Below, piece after piece: positions 17,023 to 25,273 of a stretch of DNA of 64,000 nucleotides. The translations under genes and the position numbers were made by a program. Position 1 is the first letter of the stretch; each line of letters opens with the position of its first letter. Origin of the DNA: Bacillota bacterium (lineage in GTDB: Bacteria; Bacillota; Clostridia; Christensenellales; UMGS416); contig JAEWRW010000020.1 of assembly GCA_023398815.1 (NCBI GenBank), positions 66,474-130,473 of the forward strand. The letters run 5' to 3'. The notes below the pieces were generated by a model. The model did no database searches, had not been told where the DNA came from, and saw only the letters and a list, made by a program, of their open reading frames with translations.

Positions 17023-18318
17023 ATGGCCTCAAAGGGTGCCCGGAAAACCAAAAGCAACCGCGAGCGCGTCCGGCGCAACAACCGGATTGCCATCGTGTTG
17101 TTGGCCTTGCTGGTGCCGCTGCTGCTGGTGGCGGCGCTGGGCGGCGGTGACGACGCGACCGGCGTGGCCGGCAGCTACACCGTGGCCGACGAGACACTCC
17201 CCGTGCTGGCGGCGGCCGACAGTGGGTCCAACGTTGTGACTACGCTCCGACAAGGCGATGAGGTGCAGGTACTCTCTTTGAGTGGCGCGTATTACAAGCT
17301 GGCGCTGGAGAGCGGGCAGGTTGGTTTTGCGCTGGCCCAGTCCCTGACGAGCAAGGCCACCACCATCAGCAACTGGACAAGCGAATACATCGATACCTCG
17401 AAACTGTACACCTACAGCCAGTGCCGCAAGGATATGAAGGAATTGGACGCGGCTTATGCTGACGCACGCATCGAGAACGTGGGGGAGAGCGTGCTGGGCA
17501 ACCCCATCGACGCGCTGGTGCTGGGCAACCCCAACGCCAAGCGGCGCATTCTGGTGCACGCCGCCATGCACGCGCGGGAGGGCATCACCACGCCGCTCGT
17601 CATGCGCCAGGCGGAGAATCTGCTGCAGGCCGCGAAGAAGAATGCCACCTACCAGGGTGTGAAGGCATCCACCCTGTTGAAGAACGTGGAAATCTGGGTT
17701 GTGCCGGTCGTCAACCCCGATGGGGTCAACCTGGTACAGAAGGGCATCGGCTCGGTGCCCGAGGACAAGCAGGCCAAGGTGCTGGCCCTCAACAAGGGCA
17801 GCAAGGACTTCTCCCGCTGGAAGGCCAACATCCGCGGCGTCGACCTCAACCGCAATTTCCCGGGCTATTGGGAGGAGGACCCGTCCTACCCCAAACCGGG
17901 GCCCCTCAATTTTGCAGGCACCGGCCCGTTGACTGAGCCCGAGAGCCAGGCGCTCTATGACCTGACGGTGGAGAAGGATTTCACCCTGACTGCCAGCTAC
18001 CACTGCGTGGGGGAGATTCTCTATTGGTATGGCCCCAAGCAGGGCATCTTGAACGAGCTCAACTACGTTTCGGCCAAGCAGATCTCCAAGCTCACTGGCT
18101 ATCGGGTGCTGTCCCGCTCCAGCCAGGACCCGAACGGCGGCTACCGGGATTGGTTCATGTGGCAGTATGCCCGCCAGGGATTTACCATTGAGGTGGCGAC
18201 GGGCAGCGCGCCCGTGCCGACGTCCTCGTTCCCGTCCATCTGGGGCAAGAATCGTCTGGTCATGGCCCACCTGGCCTGGATGGCATCACCCAAGTCCCTG
18301 CTGTCGCTGTTTGGCTGA
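17023..18318 (+). CDS. membrane-anchored M14-family zinc carboxypeptidase (gamma-D-glutamyl-meso-DAP peptidase-like) with SH3-like N-terminal domain
   Basis: TM segment IAIVLLALLVPLLLVAAL. The M14 core is GNPIDALVLGNPNAKRRILVHAAMHAREGITT...VEIWVVPVVNPDG...GVDLNRNFP. Confidence 0.85.
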   Translation: MASKGARKTKSNRERVRRNNRIAIVLLALLVPLLLVAALGGGDDATGVAGSYTVADETLPVLAAADSGSNVVTTLRQGDEVQVLSLSGAYYKLALESGQVGFALAQSLTSKATTISNWTSEYIDTSKLYTYSQCRKDMKELDAAYADARIENVGESVLGNPIDALVLGNPNAKRRILVHAAMHAREGITTPLVMRQAENLLQAAKKNATYQGVKASTLLKNVEIWVVPVVNPDGVNLVQKGIGSVPEDKQAKVLALNKGSKDFSRWKANIRGVDLNRNFPGYWEEDPSYPKPGPLNFAGTGPLTEPESQALYDLTVEKDFTLTASYHCVGEILYWYGPKQGILNELNYVSAKQISKLTGYRVLSRSSQDPNGGYRDWFMWQYARQGFTIEVATGSAPVPTSSFPSIWGKNRLVMAHLAWMASPKSLLSLFG

Positions 18319-18378
18319 CATTCCCCGGCAAAACTAGCCCTCAAACGCCTTAATTATGCGAAAACATCAATGTTTTGG

Positions 18379-18407
18379 TTGCGCTGGTAACTTTCATCGT
18401 TTATAAT
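18379..18407 (+). promoter_or_regulatory. SigA-type promoter TTGCGC-17-TATAAT, apparent native ppdK promoter now separated from ppdK by the island
   Basis: ggTTGCGCtggtaactttcatcgttTATAATacg. The last T of the -10 is the first base of the attL repeat. The same repeat, then a 43-nt leader and a GAGGAGG RBS, precede ppdK at 33610-33712. Confidence 0.65.
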
Positions 18408-18466
18408 ACGTAGTTGCGTGTAATACTTCTTTTGTGTGCGCTGGAAGGCCCTGGCAGGGGCAGCGC
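18407..18466 (+). repeat. attL: 60-bp direct repeat
   Basis: TACGTAGTTGCGTGTAATACTTCTTTTGTGTGCGCTGGAAGGCCCTGGCAGGGGCAGCGC. It is identical to 33610-33669 except at offsets 48 and 54 (C here, T there). Confidence 0.9.
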
Positions 18467-18538
18467 GTTAAGAATGGCTTGAATCCGTGGTTTCTAAGCG
18501 GGTTCAGGCCATTTTTGTTCTTATTATGGCACATTGTC

Positions 18539-18556
18539 AAATACACACAACTTTTT
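18539..18556. repeat. 18-bp sub-terminal inverted repeat, left copy (candidate integrase arm site)
   Basis: AAATACACACAACTTTTT is the exact reverse complement of 33539-33556. A related GTTGTGTAC lies at 18581-18589. Confidence 0.7.
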
Positions 18557-18634
18557 TATTTATTCAAAGAAAATCCAACAGTTGTGTACACTACAAAAAC
18601 CATTTTACCTTACTAAAAGGGATGGAATACAAAG

Positions 18635-19579
18635 ATGAAAACTATAAGTTCAAAGCCAATAAACCACACGATTACTAGCGCATACGAACTTTTCAAAACC
18701 GAATGCAGGATTAGAAACCTTGCATCTGCAACCATTGAACACTACAACTATTGCGTGTTACGGTTCAGCAAGTACATTGAGTGTGATACAACACCGATTT
18801 CCAGCGTGAACAGCGAAACAATTAGGGGATTTATACAGCACATGGCTAACGCTGGCTTGAAACCCAGTAGCATTAACATCAATCTTACTGGTGTTCGTGC
18901 GTTCCTCTATTGGGCCATGGAGCAGGGATTTGTTGCTGAATTTAAGATAAGGCACATCAAAGCAGATGAAACCGAACAGCCAGTTTATACAGAAGAAGAT
19001 TTATTGAAGCTGACAGAGAAGCCCAAAACAGATAAATTTGATGTTGTTCGTAACTGGTGTATTGTTTGTTTTGCCATTGCAACTGGTGTGAGGGTAAGAA
19101 CGCTTTGCAGTATCAACATTGAGGATATTTTGCTTGATGAAGAAGCTGTAATGATTCGGCAACAAAAGAACCGCAAGATAAAGAAGCTTCCACTTAGTAG
19201 TGGAATGGTTAAGATACTGAAAAACTACATCTGGACATATCTAGCAGATGAAGCAGGGGATTTCCCTTTGTTTCCTTCTAGCAGGGCAACACGCATGAGA
19301 GCGACAACAATGCAAAGCGCAATTCACAGATACAACAATTCCAGAGGTGTTGAAATAACTGCAATGCATGGTTTTCGCAGGGCATATGCAAAAATGTACA
19401 TCAAGAATGGTGGACGTATTGAAATGCTAAAGGAACTTATGTGTCATTCATCCATTAAGCAGACAGAGAAATACTATGATTTGTATACAGATGATTTGCG
19501 GCAAGGATATGAGGAATTGAATCCTCTGCAACAGCTTGTAGGTAAAACATCAAGGACAATCAAAACACGCAATAAATAG
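18635..19579 (+). CDS. int: tyrosine recombinase / phage-type integrase
   Basis: 314 aa. It has an N-terminal SAM-like core-binding domain (TIEHYNYCVLRFSKYI...TIRGFIQHM) and catalytic motifs ATGVRVRTL, HGFRRAYAKMY, MCHSSIKQTEKYY (R..HxxR..H..Y). Confidence 0.9.
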   Translation: MKTISSKPINHTITSAYELFKTECRIRNLASATIEHYNYCVLRFSKYIECDTTPISSVNSETIRGFIQHMANAGLKPSSININLTGVRAFLYWAMEQGFVAEFKIRHIKADETEQPVYTEEDLLKLTEKPKTDKFDVVRNWCIVCFAIATGVRVRTLCSINIEDILLDEEAVMIRQQKNRKIKKLPLSSGMVKILKNYIWTYLADEAGDFPLFPSSRATRMRATTMQSAIHRYNNSRGVEITAMHGFRRAYAKMYIKNGGRIEMLKELMCHSSIKQTEKYYDLYTDDLRQGYEELNPLQQLVGKTSRTIKTRNK

Positions 19580-19702
19580 AGCCTAGAATGCGTTTTACTT
19601 TGAAGTGGGACAACTTCACTACCAAGGCGTAAAAATTGATTCTGACCCCGAAATTCATGCGATTAAGGGCAAAAAGCCCTTACATAAGAAGGAGGAACAC
19701 CA

Positions 19703-19960
19703 ATGCCTAACCAAACCACCATCAACACCCTCACCGACAACCTTATCAACGACACCATGGCCGAACTCACTGGACTGGACAGCCGCACGATTCGCAAGTA
19801 CGACGGGCTTTTCCTGAATGAAGACAACGTGGAAACCGATGCAGAGCAAGAGACAGCCCAATACAGTGTCAATTGTCTTGTGTCCACCATACCTGACAGT
19901 GTGATTGAAACCGTGGGGTATGGGGGTACTGTCCCTGCTTACTGGCATCCTGCACTTTGA
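19703..19960 (+). CDS. hypothetical protein, possible HTH (MAELTGLDSRTIRKY)
   Basis: Strong AGGAGG RBS 7 nt upstream of the ATG. It overlaps a second ORF (19905..20105) in another frame, so a frameshifted single gene cannot be excluded. Confidence 0.4.
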   Translation: MPNQTTINTLTDNLINDTMAELTGLDSRTIRKYDGLFLNEDNVETDAEQETAQYSVNCLVSTIPDSVIETVGYGGTVPAYWHPAL

Positions 19961-20128
19961 TGCTGTTGGCTTGCTGGATGACGAAGTGGAAGCCTACAGC
20001 GTGGTTAAAGCCTATGAGCTGCTAAAGGCTTGCAGAGTGGTTAAGCCAATGTCCAATAAGGAATTTTCAGTTGACTGGGTTAAGTTGTATGGGCTGATTA
20101 CCTGAACTGATGTTGTACCCTCACTGGC

Positions 20129-20719
20129 TTATTGCTGGGGAGGGTTGCTTTGGCTTGAACAATCAAAATGTGATATCCCTCCGTATTCGTTGAGTAGATA
20201 TTTGAGTTGTGTATAATATTCATCCTTAATAACATATTTTTTGATGCCAGCACCATATCCATAGGACATGTATGATTGATGTGCTCTAGTTAAGTCATTA
20301 AATGGCGATGAATGAAGTAATGGGGAATCAAGTAATTTGGCATACTCGTGATAAGAACGCTTCTCAATGTTAAGCGGTGCATTACCGCTTTTAACCATTG
20401 TTATGAGAATATTATACTCATCCCCATCTAGTGTATCGACAAAAGACCTCATCTCTTCAAAGGCGTATCTGTTATGTTCCTTAATCGATTTTGAAGAGGA
20501 TATCTTTGTTGACAAACATGTGGATAGCCATTTTATTAGAATCACAGTAAGAAAAAATGAAACCCAAAGAAACATGCCATAAAGAATAACTCCAAGTTTT
20601 GTTCTTAAAATATAGTCGCTAGGAATAAAGAAATACGCTAAGCATGCAAGAACAAAAGATAATGTTGTTGGAACTAAATACTTTTCAAGAAAGATTTTAA
20701 GAACATCAATAAGCTTCAT
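20129..20719 (-). CDS. membrane protein, possibly superinfection-exclusion B (SieB)-like
   Basis: Start trimmed to ATG (comp. 20717-20719; GGGAG RBS). It has two N-terminal TM helices (TTLSFVLACLAYFFI, LGVILYGMFLWVSFFLTVILI) followed by a soluble domain containing LDGDEYNILITMVKSGNAPL. The SieB resemblance is from memory only. Confidence 0.35.
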   Translation of the reverse strand: MKLIDVLKIFLEKYLVPTTLSFVLACLAYFFIPSDYILRTKLGVILYGMFLWVSFFLTVILIKWLSTCLSTKISSSKSIKEHNRYAFEEMRSFVDTLDGDEYNILITMVKSGNAPLNIEKRSYHEYAKLLDSPLLHSSPFNDLTRAHQSYMSYGYGAGIKKYVIKDEYYTQLKYLLNEYGGISHFDCSSQSNPPQQ

Positions 20720-20814
20720 ACTGTATGCTCCCAATTCATGGTGCTTTGATTATACACTAATCAATGGATGTATCAAAGGGTAGCTTCTTCAAATCAAGAA
20801 TTCCAACTTAATAT

Positions 20815-21208
20815 ATGAAATATATACTACAGTGGGCTTGGCCAATAAAGCTGGAATTAAAAAGCCAGCTATAACAAACCCTATAACACCTAGCCTAAAT
20901 CAATGAATGGTGATGAGAAGGCCACAGGCTAACGCATTCAGAAATGGAAGGATTTCATTGTCTGGTTGGTAAGGGAGCAGGGGCTAGATGGACTGGGAAT
21001 TGACAGATGCAGAATTGAGGTTGCCTATTATTTTCCGACAAGAGCAAGACATGATGCTGATAACTATACAATCAAGTGGATTGGTGACGGTTTAGATATT
21101 TGTGGATTATTGGTAGATGATTCATTTTCAGTTGTAAAGAGGTTATCCATTCTTGGAGAGATTGACAAAGCCAACCCCAGAACAGAGATAAAAATAGAGG
21201 GGTTATAG
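20815..21208 (+). pseudogene. degraded RusA-family Holliday-junction resolvase gene
   Basis: ORF 20966..21208 encodes the RusA C-terminal core (IEVAYYFPTRARHDADNYTIKWIGDGLDICGLLVDDSFSVV...EIKIEGL). Upstream pieces (MKYILQWAWPIKLEL.., ..ITPSLNQ, ..MNGDEKATG*RIQKWKDFIVWLV) lie in shifted frames, with an in-frame TAA at 20930-20932. Confidence 0.55.
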
Positions 21209-21230
21209 TTTGTCTATAACCCCTTCGGTG

Positions 21231-21464
21231 CTAAAATTTGAAGTCCTTTACTTTTTCATACCAGTTGTGGCCTTCAACCGTTGCCATATAATAGGCCTTT
21301 CCATCATAACCCAATTCCATAATAAGTTTGTTGTCTAGCAACAAAACTAAATTGTACTGTATGGTTGCCATATTGATACCCATAATAGTAAGCAATATCT
21401 CCTTCGTTGCATATCCGCTTTCGATAATCCTTTTCAGAGTTTCAACAAAATATGTTGGATTCAT
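21231..21464 (-). CDS. small hypothetical protein, possibly winged-helix DNA-binding
   Basis: 77 aa with a GAGGGGAG RBS. The pattern LKRIIESGYATKEILLTIMGINMATIQYNLVLLLDNKLI resembles a wHTH. Confidence 0.4.
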   Translation of the reverse strand: MNPTYFVETLKRIIESGYATKEILLTIMGINMATIQYNLVLLLDNKLIMELGYDGKAYYMATVEGHNWYEKVKDFKF

Positions 21465-21602
21465 AACATACTCCCCTCAAGTTTTTTCTTAATAGTACAA
21501 TTTTATAGGTTAATCATCAAGTGCCTGTTTTGCATAGTATTCTACGGCTGTCCAATAATGAGTTTCGCAATTCTTATACAAAATAAAATCGGAGGTAGCA
21601 TA

Positions 21603-21896
21603 ATGGAATTTTCCCCGCCACTGGACAAAGGAATTGATAAAGAAGTAATTATATTAAGACAAAACGGAATAGAAACATATGAATCATGTCAGGGTGGCAA
21701 AGGGCATTCTTCGCCTGGCCCAATAGTAAATTTCCACGGCGAAAGTGCAGAGGGTTTTCGAGCATACACAATCGCCGTGGAAAATGGTCTGCGGGTTAGT
21801 GAATTGCGAAGAACATACCATGTGGAAGATGGAGAGTTAGTAGGCCCTACTTGGGAAATGACGTTCACACACTGTTTATTTTCCCGCGTCGTTTAG
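21603..21896 (+). CDS. hypothetical protein
   Basis: Track ORF 21558..21896 trimmed to ATG 21603, which follows GGAGGT. I recognise no motif (MEFSPPLDKGIDKEVIILRQNGIETYESCQGGKGH...). Confidence 0.4.
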   Translation: MEFSPPLDKGIDKEVIILRQNGIETYESCQGGKGHSSPGPIVNFHGESAEGFRAYTIAVENGLRVSELRRTYHVEDGELVGPTWEMTFTHCLFSRVV

Positions 21897-22043
21897 TTTT
21901 GAACAATGATTACATAGAGGTCTACCACCTGTTCCTGAAGTCAAGTACTTCTTTTCAATGTTGTTTCCTTCGGTGCATGCGCTATTGTTGTGATATACCG
22001 TTTCGCCGGGTCTTTTCGAATGAAATGCGGGTACTTTGGGCAT
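21876..22043 (-). CDS. small Cys-containing protein (55 aa)
   Basis: Track ORF trimmed to ATG at comp. 22041-22043, which follows AGGAGG. MPKVPAFHSKRPGETVYHNNSACTEGNNIEKKYLTSGTGGRPLCNHCSKLNDAGK has a Y-H-x3-C...C-x2-C pattern seen in small bacterial proteins of unknown function. Its 3' end overlaps the convergent ORF 21603..21896. Confidence 0.45.
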   Translation of the reverse strand: MPKVPAFHSKRPGETVYHNNSACTEGNNIEKKYLTSGTGGRPLCNHCSKLNDAGK

Positions 22044-22295
22044 GGTTGTATCCTCCTTTCTATTAATTGCCATAATTCTACATCTTATTGATATTAAAAG
22101 CAATATAAAATATATCTACATAAAATGCTATGAATCGACATTTCACCTGTGGGTTTGGCATAAAAAATGAGGGGCGTAAACCCTTCACATTGTGGGTAAA
22201 AGATATTTAATCTATCTGCTCGATTCGGCAATATCCTCCAAAATAGAATATTTCTATTTATGGTATAATTTAGAAAAATATTTGGAGGCATAATT

Positions 22296-22673
22296 ATGGA
22301 TCGTTATGTTCCGCAGCTAAGAAAGGGAATAGATTATACAAATACATCTGAAGAACAAAGAAAAGAAGAAAGGATATATTGGGAAAAGATGCTAAGTTAT
22401 CTTGAAGATATCAAAAATAATACATCCAACTTATCAAATATAGTTAATTTGCTTGTTGAGAATAACGAGAAACAAGACGAAATTATTGATATAATAAAAG
22501 AATTGTTGAGTATTACAGCTTTAAAAGGCAATCCGGAAGAGGCAATGTCCCTTTATCAGAAAGTTATTGATAGAATCAATAAGCTGAACAATGGCGCGGA
22601 CGCATTCATGAAACTAATGAATTTTTGTACGTTTGTCGGAGGAATGCTTCATCAACTTGGAATTCTTCAATAA
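22296..22673 (+). CDS. hypothetical protein (helical, 125 aa)
   Basis: GGAGG RBS. No recognisable motif. It is followed by a 37-aa ORF (22695..22808). Confidence 0.4.
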   Translation: MDRYVPQLRKGIDYTNTSEEQRKEERIYWEKMLSYLEDIKNNTSNLSNIVNLLVENNEKQDEIIDIIKELLSITALKGNPEEAMSLYQKVIDRINKLNNGADAFMKLMNFCTFVGGMLHQLGILQ

Positions 22674-22827
22674 ACAAATGACGGGAGAAGTAAAATGAAA
22701 AAACAAGACTATGGTGCAGTTCAATCCCTTGGAGCGGTTTTCGCTGAGGAAGAAAAGCATGTACCTAGACCGGCGAGCATTCCCCTATACACTACAGTCC
22801 CTTCGTAACATACAATCATATTAAGCA

Positions 22828-22872
22828 GGAAAACCCTTAGCCCCGGCTTAGGGGCCGGGGCAGGGTTTTCCT
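22828..22872. terminator. bidirectional terminator hairpin between convergent island genes
   Basis: GGAAAACCCT..CCCCGGC-TTAG-GGGCCGGGG..AGGGTTTTCC is a long GC-rich stem flanked by A/T. Confidence 0.75.
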
Positions 22873-22953
22873 GCATTATGATTACCTTATTTTGACATGA
22901 TTGAAATACTATAATACATTGTTATTTATATATAATATTTCTAATATGTCAAA

Positions 22954-23940
22954 TTATCGGAAGAAGAAGTGTGATAGATTTGTGCATTGCTCTATATATG
23001 ATTCCTTTGCGCGATACGATGGAATGTCATCCGGCCCAAAGTATCTCTCCAGTAGTTCGATTTGTCTCTTTCTCGCATTTTGAATAAATCGTTCAACAAA
23101 CAAACTTCTCAATTCATCCAGCGTGTCAACAGATTTATCGCATAGAATATCTTGAATGTCTTGTGTTTCCGAGACTAACCATATGTCATATGCAGAGTAT
23201 ATATAATCTATTCCGAATTCCTTATAAAGGAGCGATTGCAATTTTGTTTGGAATTCGTTAGTCTTGTCTCTCCAAAAAACATCATTTTCACATCCAAGTC
23301 CCATTTCATCCAGAACTTCGTGCCTCAGTTCCTTTTCTCTTGCCACCTCCTCGTCAGTTGCTTCCCTCAGTTTTGTCTTGTCAGAATGGCAAAATGCCAT
23401 TTCTTTTACTTTGTAATCAACAAGTCCTTGATTCTTAAGTGAAACTAAAACAGAATTAAGTGCTGATGCCAAACATGTTCTGGTTTGTTGATAAAACTCT
23501 TTAGTTATTCGTCTGTCTAGTTTAACTTGTAATTGTGACTCAAGTTCACTTATCAAATACCCATAATTTCGCGAGTCCATTTTTGTTATTTCTAGTGTTC
23601 TATAAACATGGAATAGTGACTGGTTACTAATAGGCACTGGATTATTCCATAAGTATGATAACAGTAAGGTTTCGAGGGCTTCCCCATATATCCTGTTGTT
23701 CATGTTCTTTTTCTTTCTTCCATCAACCCTTTCTTTGGGCTCACGATATATTTCTTCTATCCTGTAGGTTCTTCCATTTTTAGAGTAACTAAAATACCGT
23801 GCCCATTCTCGTAGTTGATAGACTTTCTTTTCTCCACCGCATATCCCTTCTCCTAAGGCTTTACAAAGTTCTTGATAGTCTTTGAATACTTTGTTTTCAT
23901 ATAAAAGATTTGTTGTAATAATTGATTGTTCTCCTTTCAA
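22954..23940 (-). CDS. hypothetical protein (328 aa)
   Basis: Long AT-rich ORF with coding-like composition. I recognise no motif. The start codon (TTG 23940) is uncertain. Confidence 0.45.
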   Translation of the reverse strand: MKGEQSIITTNLLYENKVFKDYQELCKALGEGICGGEKKVYQLREWARYFSYSKNGRTYRIEEIYREPKERVDGRKKKNMNNRIYGEALETLLLSYLWNNPVPISNQSLFHVYRTLEITKMDSRNYGYLISELESQLQVKLDRRITKEFYQQTRTCLASALNSVLVSLKNQGLVDYKVKEMAFCHSDKTKLREATDEEVAREKELRHEVLDEMGLGCENDVFWRDKTNEFQTKLQSLLYKEFGIDYIYSAYDIWLVSETQDIQDILCDKSVDTLDELRSLFVERFIQNARKRQIELLERYFGPDDIPSYRAKESYIEQCTNLSHFFFR

Positions 23941-23954
23941 TAAAATAAATTAAC

Positions 23955-23972
23955 TGTAGACAAAAGTCTACA
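23955..23972. promoter_or_regulatory. perfect palindrome TGTAGAC-AAAA-GTCTACA, candidate operator
   Basis: 7-bp arms with a 4-bp spacer, 15 bp upstream of the 22954..23940 ORF start. Confidence 0.35.
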
Positions 23973-24343
23973 ACAGAAAGCTAGGTATATCCAAACTTTA
24001 GTTGAGCTATTTGGGGATGACTCCAAGAGCAACAGAGAAAAGTGAATGTGCTTAACTTATGGCTGTATTATACCACAATCGGATCTATTTGTCAACCCCT
24101 ATATATTGAAGAAGACCTATGAATCCCCATTGCAGGATTATATGTAATCCCTCTATAATACTTAACCTTCCCCCAAATTATTCTAAGCTTACTACAGTTT
24201 AAATCTCTAGGGTGTGGTGTGGTTCGGGTAGCTCATAAACGAATTACTAAGGCAACACCATGCAATAATGGAAAATCACCCCCACTAAATTCACTTTTCC
24301 TGTGTTTTTTCTTTTAGGGAATATCTCATTGGGGTATAGTTTG

Positions 24344-24428
24344 TTGAAACATCAATAATTCGTTTCAATAGAGCATATGCAGCTAGTTTGAAATGTTTCA
24401 CAAATATTGTTGATTTATATGAAACATC
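24344..24428 (+). promoter_or_regulatory. res-like cluster of TGAAAC/GTTTCA repeats upstream of the resolvase gene
   Basis: The cluster contains TTGAAAC-N11-GTTTCAA (24344-24368), TGAAA-TG-TTTCA (24389-24400) and TGAAACATC (24420-24428). The last repeats 24345-24353. Confidence 0.45.
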
Positions 24429-24467
24429 CTGCTAACATTGCATTATCAAAATCAGGGGATGCAATGA

Positions 24468-25031
24468 ATGGCAAGAATCGGGTATGTAAGAGTTTCTACT
24501 AAAGAACAGAACACTGCTAGACAGGAAGTGTTGCTATCAGATTTAGGCGTAGATAAAGTTTTTGTTGACAAGGAAAGTGGAAAGGGCACAGACAGACCAG
24601 AGCTCAAGAAGATGCTGGACTACATACGAGAAGGCGACAGCATAATTGTAGAATCAATAAGCCGCTTTGCAAGAAATACACGAGACCTTCTCGACCTAAT
24701 TAGTAAGCTAGAAGGGAAAGGGGTTAAGTTTGTCAGCAAGAAGGAAGCTATTGATACCGATACCCCTACCGGGAAGTTCATGCTCACCGTGTTTGGTGCA
24801 GTAGCACAACTGGAACGTGATTATCTGTTGCAAAGACAGGCAGAAGGAATCGCAATAGCCAAAGAACAGAAGAAGTACAAGGGCCGGAGGAAGATTGAGA
24901 ATCCTAAGTTTGAAAAGGTGTATGGAGAGTGGAAAACAGGACTCATTACTGCGGTTAGGGCTATGGAGCTACTGGACATGAAGCGAAACACTTTTTATAG
25001 AAGGGTTGCTGAGTTTGAGAAGGAGGCGTAA
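24468..25031 (+). CDS. serine recombinase (resolvase/invertase family)
   Basis: MARIGYVRVSTKEQNTARQ...DKESGKGTDRPELKKMLDYIREGDSIIVESISRFARNTRDLL...GV.F.S..E.IDT.TP.GK....VFGA.AQLERD... followed by a C-terminal HTH (RNTFYRRV). The catalytic Ser lies in the YVRVST context. Confidence 0.92.
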   Translation: MARIGYVRVSTKEQNTARQEVLLSDLGVDKVFVDKESGKGTDRPELKKMLDYIREGDSIIVESISRFARNTRDLLDLISKLEGKGVKFVSKKEAIDTDTPTGKFMLTVFGAVAQLERDYLLQRQAEGIAIAKEQKKYKGRRKIENPKFEKVYGEWKTGLITAVRAMELLDMKRNTFYRRVAEFEKEA

Positions 25032-25194
25032 TATAGCTATGCACTTTTTCTGTGTTGTGGGCACCATCATACTCTTTAGGTCATGTATAGATGAGCGGCA
25101 GACACATTACGCTGATTTTAGATAAAAATATCTTGCTCTGATAAGATCACTGGTCTGTCGATAAAGCGCTTTTCAGATCTTCTTTCCTTCCACA

Positions 25195-25223
25195 TTGACA
25201 ATTGTAAGCACAAGTGATAAATT
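25195..25223 (+). promoter_or_regulatory. candidate promoter TTGACA-17-TAAATT of the candidate defence operon
   Basis: cacaTTGACAattgtaagcacaagtgaTAAATTatg lies about 50 nt upstream of the HTH gene start. Confidence 0.55.
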
Positions 25224-25249
25224 ATGAACAATTATGAGTAATTGTGAGC
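25220..25249 (+). repeat. three tandem 10-bp repeats AATTRTGARY overlapping and following the -10 (candidate operator)
   Basis: AATTATGAAC AATTATGAGT AATTGTGAGC, followed by AATGAATTAT. Confidence 0.5.
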
Positions 25250-25273
25250 AATGAATTATAGAAGGTGATGTGC

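Noticed and set aside
16502-17197. ORFs of 231, 178, 182 and 117 aa overlapping 16.5-17.2 kb
   Set aside because: They run across tRNA-Leu, its consensus promoter and its terminator hairpin. The region is better explained by those RNA features.
18407-18466. Whether the 60-bp att repeat is the 3' end of a tRNA or tmRNA gene (the usual island target)
   Set aside because: It contains no T-loop (GTTCRANYC) or acceptor/CCA features. It sits between a promoter and the ppdK RBS, so I interpret it as a 5' leader. The only tRNA (16699-16782) is 1.6 kb away and intact.
19905-20105. 66-aa ORF overlapping the end of ORF 19703..19960
   Set aside because: It has no RBS of its own. It may be the downstream part of a frameshifted gene, but I cannot support either reading, so only the upstream ORF is listed and at low confidence.
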